Part shown: positions 58,474-64,000 of the stretch, one piece after another
How the letters are laid out: the number at the start of each line of letters is the position of its first letter
Position numbering within the stretch: position 1 is the stretch's first letter
Origin: Candidatus Fraserbacteria bacterium
GTDB taxonomy: Bacteria > Bipolaricaulota > Bipolaricaulia > RBG-16-55-9 > DRXL01
Direction of reading: 5' to 3'
Assembly (NCBI GenBank): GCA_947085185.1
Contig: CAMTVK010000002.1
Location: 10,867 to 74,866, forward strand
DNA length: 64,000 bases
Notes under the pieces: model-generated
What the model was told of the DNA's origin: nothing
What the model saw: the letters and a program-made list of their open reading frames with translations, nothing else
Database searches by the model: none
Made by a program: the position numbers and the translations under genes

Positions 58474-58653
58474 ATGCCCAAGAGGAAGCGCTCCGTGCGC
58501 CGTCCCAGAGAGAAGAGAGCAGCTCAGAAGCTCGTGAAGGTCCGCCCTCTTGTGGACCCTCATCTCTGTCCCATCTGCCAAGAGCCGTTTACGCTCGTTG
58601 TGGGGTGCCATAAAGTTTGTCGCTGTGGATACGAAGAGGGCTGCGGAGACTGA
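58474..58653 (+). CDS. Small basic zinc-ribbon-like protein (59 aa)
   Basis: Translates as MPKRKRSVRRPREKRAAQK...CPICQE....VVGCHKVCRCGYEEGC. TATAAT at 58461-58466 lies 7 nt before the ATG, a leaderless configuration. Confidence 0.4.
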   Translation: MPKRKRSVRRPREKRAAQKLVKVRPLVDPHLCPICQEPFTLVVGCHKVCRCGYEEGCGD

Positions 58654-58797
58654 AAAAGCCTTCACCTTGAGTCTTGGGGCAGGGTGCAGGGCTCCCTGTG
58701 GGCCATCCCCGGACTCGGCACCCCGCCCCGCTCGCTCCCTCTGAGATGGACCGCTCACTGCTCCCTCACTCTAGCGCGACCTCCCCTCCCCAACCAT

Positions 58798-58829
58798 AAG
58801 CTAGCTTAAGAAAGAACTTAAGCTAGCTT
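58798..58829. terminator. Perfect 13-bp hairpin AAGCTAGCTTAAG-AAAGAA-CTTAAGCTAGCTT
   Basis: Read directly from the sequence. It could be a bidirectional terminator or a protein-binding palindrome. There is no strong U-tract. Confidence 0.4.
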
Positions 58830-58839
58830 TGTAATGGGT

Positions 58840-59046
58840 CAAGAGATCGTTACCAGGACCCAAGCGGTCGAGATCCTATCTCACAGCGGCAGCACCGCAA
58901 ACTCCGCAGGCACTCTGCCACAGTCGTGCCCCTGAGAGGATGCCCGCTCTCTTGAGCCATTGCCACACCTCCCCCTGGCGGAACGTTTTGGTGCGGCATC
59001 TTTATAATCAATGGGTGCACCAAAACGTTCCGGTAACGATCTCTTG
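58840..59046. repeat. 207-bp unit bounded by perfect 15-bp inverted repeats (MITE-like or paired operator)
   Basis: CAAGAGATCGTTACC at 58840-58854 and its exact reverse complement GGTAACGATCTCTTG at 59032-59046. Confidence 0.55.
58979..59032. repeat. Perfect 16-bp stem with a 22-nt loop containing TATAAT
   Basis: CGGAACGTTTTGGTGC (58979-58994) and GCACCAAAACGTTCCG (59017-59032). The loop is GGCATCTTTATAATCAATGGGT. Confidence 0.55.
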
Positions 59047-59065
59047 GCGCAGGGACCCTCTACCC

Positions 59066-59094
59066 TTGACAAGATACCAACTACGCGGTAAACT
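59066..59094 (+). promoter_or_regulatory. Sigma70-like promoter TTGACA-N17-TAAACT
   Basis: Hexamers at 59066-59071 and 59089-59094. It would give a roughly 125-nt leader before the ATG at 59226. Confidence 0.5.
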
Positions 59095-59225
59095 AAGACC
59101 AACCCCACCCCATGTGGGGGGTAATAGCTGTGAGGTCTAACAATGGACCAAGAGGGCTATCTTGATTCGGAGATCATGGCGCTGCCAGGCGGCAGCCGTT
59201 ATAATGTGAACCAGGGGCAAGAGGC

Positions 59226-59555
59226 ATGAAGGCAACAGTAGCTTTGATCATAGTGTTCTTAGCAAGCAGCCTGCTCCCACTGTCGGAGGCCGCCGTTTCG
59301 ATGTGGGCATCGGCAGAGAACCATGCGGCCGCGCACACCGCGCCTGTAGCATCTAACCAACCCACAAGCTCATGCTGCAGCCAGGGGAACGAACACTTGC
59401 CACACGCCACCTTATGCTGCGCCGATTGCCCGGCCTTACACAATGACTTGCCTCTCTTTGGGGAGGCTCTACCCCGGTGGCCCTGGTTTTTTAGCGAGCC
59501 CATCTCCATGCCGGCTATCTTCCTCCCCCTCCATCTGCGACCGCCCACCACCTAA
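59226..59555 (+). CDS. Secreted Cys/His-rich small protein (109 aa)
   Basis: Signal peptide MKATVALIIVFLASSLLPLSEA. Then ENHAAAHTAP, SSCCSQGNEHLPHATLCCADCPALH. An AAGAGG Shine-Dalgarno is present. Confidence 0.5.
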   Translation: MKATVALIIVFLASSLLPLSEAAVSMWASAENHAAAHTAPVASNQPTSSCCSQGNEHLPHATLCCADCPALHNDLPLFGEALPRWPWFFSEPISMPAIFLPLHLRPPTT

Positions 59556-59634
59556 CGCCAATCCCTAGTCAGCTATTAAAGCTCGCCTGGCGAGCTCGCA
59601 AAGACAACACTAAGAGATATAGAAAGGAGCTCAA

Positions 59635-60243
59635 ATGTCTTTGAAGAAGATGCAAACTATCCGTGTTGCCGTTACAGGGCTGGCCTTGCTGGCTCTGGTC
59701 AGCAGCGGTTGGGCATTGGCCCAGATCTTCGGGATCGGCCCCTACACTGGGGGGACGCTCACGGTCGTCTATCGCTTGACCAACATGGAGCCTGATCCAA
59801 GCCCGGGCACCCTCACCCTGAAGATAGTCCCGGAGGGGACCAAATTCCGGGTGACCGAGACCTTCGAGTTGCTGGCAGATGCAGGCCAACTGCAAGTTTT
59901 GGTCTTTTCGCACGGGTTTGTGCACGTGCCCAAGGGGTATCTCGACATGACCCCGCTCAGCGCGCTGGACACCCGCGAAGTCCTGCCCAACAGAGAAATT
60001 CTGTTACCCGAAGGTGCCAAACTCGTGACGCGGGGCGAGGTGACGATCGGCGGGGTCAAGGCCGTCGAGGGCACCTACACACACCCCAAATTTGAAGACC
60101 AACGGGCGATCGTGGCGATCAGCGACGTAGAGTCGCGCAAGATCCTGCCCTACCCGCCGCTTTTGCGCATCGAAAGGCAAGAGGGCGGGAAGTGGGTGTT
60201 AGTCGCTCTGACGGAGCTAGTAAGTGTCAAACAGGAGCGGTGA
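59635..60243 (+). CDS. Secreted hypothetical protein (202 aa, beta-rich, LolA-sized)
   Basis: AAAGGAG Shine-Dalgarno. The signal peptide ends ...LALVSSGWALA|Q. No catalytic motif was recognised. Confidence 0.5.
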   Translation: MSLKKMQTIRVAVTGLALLALVSSGWALAQIFGIGPYTGGTLTVVYRLTNMEPDPSPGTLTLKIVPEGTKFRVTETFELLADAGQLQVLVFSHGFVHVPKGYLDMTPLSALDTREVLPNREILLPEGAKLVTRGEVTIGGVKAVEGTYTHPKFEDQRAIVAISDVESRKILPYPPLLRIERQEGGKWVLVALTELVSVKQER

Positions 60244-60249
60244 TGGTGC

Positions 60250-60282
60250 AAGTGGGCGGGTCGCAGAACGGCCCGCCCACTT
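60250..60282 (+). terminator. GC-rich hairpin between the operon genes (11-bp stem)
   Basis: AAGTGGGCGGG-N11-CCCGCCCACTT. There is no U-tract, so it may attenuate or stabilise the transcript rather than terminate it. Confidence 0.35.
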
Positions 60283-60311
60283 CCCTCGAAGGAACAAGAA
60301 AGGAGAGCGCA

Positions 60312-61289
60312 ATGCGAAAGTATATACGAATATTAGCAACTATCAGCGGCTGCCTGTTATTACTCATCAGCTCATCCATCGGAAGAGCCGGGCAGCCAGC
60401 GACCGAGATCGTCTACGTGGCAAACGCCAAGTCGAACACCGTTTCCGTCGTCAACTGGGCTACTAAATCTGTCTTAGCCACAATCCCCGTGGGCACGACG
60501 CCCCACGGTCTGACGCTCAGCCCCGATGGGAAAACGCTCTATGTCGCCAATTCCAAATCATCGGATGTGAGTATTGTAGATCTCGCCAAACGCTCGGTCA
60601 TAGCGACGATCCCGAGCGGCGACGGTAGCCATCATATCGTCGTCAGCCCCGATGGCCGGCGGGCTTACACCGCCAATATTCGGGCCAACAGTGTCTCCGT
60701 GCTCGATCTCGTGGCGCGCAAGGCCATCGCGGAGATCCCTGTGGGCAAGACCCCGCAATATCTCGCGCTCAGCCCCGATGGCAAAGAGATCTGGGTCGCC
60801 GACGATAAGTCCAACCAGGTCTCCGTCATAGAAACAGCAACTGTCCGAGTTGTGGCTACAATCCCAGTCGGCGACGGGCCGGATCACTTGGTATTCAGTC
60901 GAGACGGCAAGACGGTCTATGTCACGCATACTCGATCCGGGGATGTGCGAGTTATTGACGCGGCCTCCCGGAAGGTCGTCACCGTCGTCCCAGTCGGCAA
61001 AGAGCCGCACGGCATAGACATCAGCCCCGACGGGGCGCTGGTCTTCGTGGCCAATCGAGGCGAGAATACTATTACACCCCTGATCGTCGCCTTAGGAAAC
61101 AGAGTCATGCCAAGCTTCTCATCCGGGGGCAATGGGCCGAACCACTTACGGGTTAGCCCCGACGGCCGTTTTGTACTAGTGACGAACCGGGACTCGAACA
61201 ATCTCGTCGTAGTAGACTTAAGCACCTTTCGGATCAGCGCCACCATCTCTGTGGGCGAGGAGCCACACGAGTTCGTCTTTGGAAAGTAG
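60312..61289 (+). CDS. YVTN-family beta-propeller repeat protein, secreted
   Basis: About seven repeats of roughly 42 aa of the form VAN..SN.VSV.D......VATIPVG..PHG...SPDGK..YV. The signal peptide is MRKYIRILATISGCLLLLISSSIGRAG, preceded by an AAGGAGAG Shine-Dalgarno. Confidence 0.8.
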   Translation: MRKYIRILATISGCLLLLISSSIGRAGQPATEIVYVANAKSNTVSVVNWATKSVLATIPVGTTPHGLTLSPDGKTLYVANSKSSDVSIVDLAKRSVIATIPSGDGSHHIVVSPDGRRAYTANIRANSVSVLDLVARKAIAEIPVGKTPQYLALSPDGKEIWVADDKSNQVSVIETATVRVVATIPVGDGPDHLVFSRDGKTVYVTHTRSGDVRVIDAASRKVVTVVPVGKEPHGIDISPDGALVFVANRGENTITPLIVALGNRVMPSFSSGGNGPNHLRVSPDGRFVLVTNRDSNNLVVVDLSTFRISATISVGEEPHEFVFGK

Positions 61290-61305
61290 GAAAGGAGAGA
61301 ACGCA

Positions 61306-62007
61306 ATGATTCACCTGAAAAACGTGCACAAGACGTACCCCATGGGCGAGACACGGGTTCAGGCACTTCGAGGCTTGGACTTGACAATAAAGCCCGGAGA
61401 GTTCGTAGCCATTATGGGGCCATCCGGCTCGGGCAAATCTACACTGATGCACCTGCTCGGCTGTCTGGATCTGCCCAGCGAGGGCCTGGTGCAACTCGAT
61501 GGCAACGATGTGACGAAACTGGACGAAGACAGACTGGCGCAAATCCGTGGCAAGAAGGTTGGCTTTGTCTTTCAAACGTTCAATTTGATCCCGACGCTGA
61601 CCGCTCAAGAGAACGTCGAGCTGCCGCTCTTCTTTCAGGGTGTCCCCCGCAGAGAGCGCAGCGCCCGAGCTGTAGAGCTGCTGCAAAAAGTTGGGCTCGG
61701 TGATAGAGTTCATCACAAGCCGTCCCAGCTCTCCGGCGGGGAGCGCCAGCGCGTAGCCATCGCCCGCGCCTTGGCCAACGATCCAGAGATCATCTTGGCC
61801 GACGAGCCCACAGGCAATCTCGACTCAGAATCGGGCGAGGTCATCTTGAAGCTATTGGAGCAGCTTAATCGTGAGGGCAAGACGATCATTCTCGTCACGC
61901 ATAACCCGGAGGCTGCTGCGTATGCGCACCGCATTGTACGGATCAAGGACGGGCGGCTCTTAGAGGAAGTCAAGACAAAGGAGGAGATCGGTTATGCTCT
62001 TCGATAG
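61306..62007 (+). CDS. ABC transporter ATP-binding protein (MacB/LolD-type)
   Basis: Walker A GPSGSGKST, signature LSGGERQRVAIARAL, Walker B ILADEPTGNLD. Confidence 0.9.
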   Translation: MIHLKNVHKTYPMGETRVQALRGLDLTIKPGEFVAIMGPSGSGKSTLMHLLGCLDLPSEGLVQLDGNDVTKLDEDRLAQIRGKKVGFVFQTFNLIPTLTAQENVELPLFFQGVPRRERSARAVELLQKVGLGDRVHHKPSQLSGGERQRVAIARALANDPEIILADEPTGNLDSESGEVILKLLEQLNREGKTIILVTHNPEAAAYAHRIVRIKDGRLLEEVKTKEEIGYALR

Positions 62008-63208
62008 CGTTGTTGATAACATCCGATTTTCTGTGCGCAATCTGCGCCACCGCCCCAAGCGCAGTTGGCTGACGATTCTGGGCATTCTCATTGGCGTTGC
62101 AGCCGTCATCGCGCTGGTCTCGCTGGGGCAGGGGATGCAGCGCTCGATCACGCAAGAGTTTGAAGCTTTCGGCTACAACGTAGTAATGATCGCGGGACAC
62201 GGCGAGCATCGCTTAGGTATGGGGGCGTTGCTCGGTGCGCATACGTTTCGGTTAGATTTGACCCCGCTGAAGAAGATCCCCGGAGTAGAAGCCATCGGCG
62301 GCGTCTTAATCAAGACGCCTTATGTCAGTGCGGGGCGGCGTGAAGGGTATCTATTGACTTGGGGCATGGCCCCGGAGTTGATGCAGGCGTTCGGCAATTA
62401 CTATAAGCCGGAACTCGGCCGGGCGCTCAAGCCGGGCGAGACCCAGACGGCTGTGCTTGGGAGCATCGTTGCCAAAGACTTAGGGCTTTCCGTGGGCGAC
62501 AAGTTCGTGATCGAGACGCTGGAGTTCGAGGTCGTCGGCATCTTGGAGAAGCGCGCCGATCCCGACGTCAACTACGCCATTATGGTCCCCATTGCGACGC
62601 TGCAAGAATTGGTCGGCGAGCGCGAACGTCTTTCGTTGGTACTGATTCGCACGGCGCAGCAACATGCCGGGCATGCCGGGCATGATGCCGCTAGTGTGGC
62701 CAAAGAAGTCCGCCGTGTGGTCAAAGAGCTGCGCGGCAAGGACGATCTCAACGTTCACACCACAGGCGAGATGCTCGATCTCATGCAGAACTTGGTGGGG
62801 ATCTTACAGGCAGCGCTGGGTGGGATCGCGGCGATCTCGCTGTTAGTCGGCGGCGTCGGCGTGATGAACACCATGTACACAGCCGTTCTAGAGCGCACGC
62901 GCGAGATCGGCGTGATGAAAGCCGTGGGAGCGCGCCGACGGCATATCTTGACGCTCTTTTTGCTGGAGTCGGGGTTCATGGGGCTGGTCGGCGGGCTGTT
63001 GGGAGCGTTGGTTGGTCTGGGGATCGCTGTGGGCATCAAACTCTTGGCTCCGATCTTCATGCCGGGGACGACCTTAGAAGTCGGGTTCTCGCCGGGGCTG
63101 ATGCTGGGTGTGCTGGGGTTCTCGTTCGTCTTGGGGGCGTTGTCGGGCTTCCTGCCGGCGCGCGCGGCCGCCAAGCTCCCGCCGGTCGAAGCCCTCAGGT
63201 ATGAATAA
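61994..63208 (+). CDS. ABC transporter permease, FtsX/MacB-type, with a periplasmic core domain
   Basis: N-terminus RNLRHRPKRSWLTILGILIGVAAVI, a roughly 200-aa extracytoplasmic domain, then a C-terminal FtsX module (ERTREIGVMKAVGARRRHIL). Confidence 0.85.
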   Translation: MLFDSVVDNIRFSVRNLRHRPKRSWLTILGILIGVAAVIALVSLGQGMQRSITQEFEAFGYNVVMIAGHGEHRLGMGALLGAHTFRLDLTPLKKIPGVEAIGGVLIKTPYVSAGRREGYLLTWGMAPELMQAFGNYYKPELGRALKPGETQTAVLGSIVAKDLGLSVGDKFVIETLEFEVVGILEKRADPDVNYAIMVPIATLQELVGERERLSLVLIRTAQQHAGHAGHDAASVAKEVRRVVKELRGKDDLNVHTTGEMLDLMQNLVGILQAALGGIAAISLLVGGVGVMNTMYTAVLERTREIGVMKAVGARRRHILTLFLLESGFMGLVGGLLGALVGLGIAVGIKLLAPIFMPGTTLEVGFSPGLMLGVLGFSFVLGALSGFLPARAAAKLPPVEALRYE

Positions 63209-63265
63209 GAGCATAGATGGCCGCGAAGCCCCACCTGGGGTGGGGAGATTCTCAAGGATGGCACG

Positions 63266-63448
63266 ATGAAGAGAACGGCATCAGCAGTAGCGGAGAAGGA
63301 ACTGAAGGGGAGCCTGGCGGCTCACCCCCAAGCCAAGCAAGAGGCGGCCCGGATCATGCGCACGCTCTATGCGCTGCGCGAGGGTTATGCCCAACTTTCG
63401 CATCGGGCTGACCACGATCGAGAGGGAGGCTTTGGAGATCGGCTCTAA
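63266..63448 (+). CDS. Hypothetical 60-aa protein
   Basis: ORF with a weak AAGGA Shine-Dalgarno. No motif was recognised. Confidence 0.25.
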   Translation: MKRTASAVAEKELKGSLAAHPQAKQEAARIMRTLYALREGYAQLSHRADHDREGGFGDRL

Positions 63449-63460
63449 GAGGGAGGAACT

Positions 63461-63928
63461 ATGAAAGACATCTGGGTCTGGTTGGCCGTCGCCGCCGCAG
63501 CCGTCGCGGCGCTCGTCGTCTTCGGTGTTGGCCGGAAGGCCCAAGTCGCCGTGCCCGGGCATGAGCAACATCATGCCGAAGAGATCGTGCAGGTCGGGGG
63601 TGGAAGCTATCGCAACATCGGCATAGAGCAGCTCTATCAAATGCTGCAGCAGAAAGGCTTTTGGCTCGTCAACGTCCACATTCCCTATGAGGGCGAGTTG
63701 CCCCAGACGGATCTGTTCGTACCGTACAACGAGATCGAGAAAGATCTCGACAAGCTTCCGTCGGACAAGTCGGCCAAGATCGTGCTCTACTGCAAGAGCG
63801 GGCGGATGAGCGCGATTGCCGCCGAGACGATGGTCAAGTTGGGCTTCACAAACGTCTGGAATCTGAAGCAAGGCATGATCGACTGGAAAGCCAAGGGGTA
63901 TCCGTTGCTGCAAAAGCCGAAAGATTGA
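63461..63928 (+). CDS. Membrane-anchored rhodanese-domain sulfurtransferase
   Basis: N-terminal TM segment IWVWLAVAAAAVAALVVFGV. The active-site loop is LYCKSGRMS. A GGGAGGA Shine-Dalgarno is present. Confidence 0.8.
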   Translation: MKDIWVWLAVAAAAVAALVVFGVGRKAQVAVPGHEQHHAEEIVQVGGGSYRNIGIEQLYQMLQQKGFWLVNVHIPYEGELPQTDLFVPYNEIEKDLDKLPSDKSAKIVLYCKSGRMSAIAAETMVKLGFTNVWNLKQGMIDWKAKGYPLLQKPKD

Positions 63929-64000
63929 AAACTCCTGATGTCACGTTGAGCGATGTGAAGAAAATCCCGAGGGAGCATTGGAGCACAACGGCAGTTGGCC

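Noticed and set aside
58624-58632. DnaA-box-like TGTGGATAC (8 of 9 match to TGTGGATAA)
   Set aside because: It is a single occurrence inside a small ORF. There is no cluster of boxes, no AT-rich unwinding element, and no dnaA or dnaN nearby. It is not an origin.
58840-59046. Retron-like reading of the unit (flanking inverted repeats plus a long internal hairpin, resembling msr/msd)
   Set aside because: No reverse-transcriptase gene lies on either side. The neighbours are murD, a zinc-ribbon ORF and the envelope operon. The retron hypothesis has no support.
58654-59225. Possibility that the large non-coding gap encodes RNase P RNA, tmRNA or SRP RNA
   Set aside because: I looked on both strands for GAGGAAAGUCC and ACAGAA (RNase P P4), for a tRNA-like GGUUCGAAUCC 3' end (tmRNA) and for the SRP domain IV GGAAGCAGC motif. 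None is present. Only a loose AGTCCGGGG...ACAGGGAG resemblance occurs on the minus strand near 58690-58720, and it is in the wrong order.
60339-60350. Lipobox-like ISGC in the YVTN propeller signal sequence
   Set aside because: The Cys lies in the middle of the hydrophobic core (ILATISGCLLLLISSSIG), with more hydrophobic residues after it. A type I signal peptidase site (GRAG|Q) fits better, so I do not call it a lipoprotein.
63955-64000. Possible start of another gene (GTG AAG AAA ATC CCG AGG...) at the right edge
   Set aside because: Only 15 codons are visible, with no Shine-Dalgarno and no recognisable motif. That is not enough to call.

Overview
This 64-kb window looks like core chromosome from a bacterium with an outer membrane, probably a thermophile from a deep-branching lineage. 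The thermophile call rests on a branched-chain polyamine gene pair and on a Thermotoga-type NusG insertion. Coding density is high on both strands and almost all genes are housekeeping. The centre holds the classic block tRNA-Thr/Tyr/Thr - tuf - rpmG - tRNA-Trp - secE - nusG - rplKAJL - rpoB on the minus strand. Other recognisable genes are gyrA (interrupted by a full-length intein), gatB, speH-bpsA, hutH, era, recO, panD, rnhB, an IDH-family dehydrogenase, bamA-skp-fabZ, murD and comM. There are also several transporter and hydrolase genes and a 1343-aa secreted S8 protease fused to a beta-propeller. No CRISPR array, rRNA, transposase or recognisable defence system is visible. Points worth a second look are listed below.
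- gyrA carries a 440-aa LAGLIDADG intein directly after the catalytic tyrosine.
- rpoB is followed by a translationally coupled Nudix gene instead of rpoC.
- A 570-bp non-coding island (58654-59225) is packed with perfect inverted repeats. It sits upstream of an uncharacterised envelope operon: a Cys/His-rich secreted peptide, a secreted 202-aa protein, a YVTN propeller, a MacB-type ABC transporter and a rhodanese.
- A LexA/Cheo-box-like palindrome lies between divergent promoters, next to an unannotated 31-codon hydrophobic ORF.
- Two loci carry interleaved (pseudoknot-order) inverted repeats.
- EF-Tu has a divergent switch I region.
- Several genes appear to be transcribed as leaderless mRNAs.
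All functional calls come from motif recognition by eye. No database search was run.
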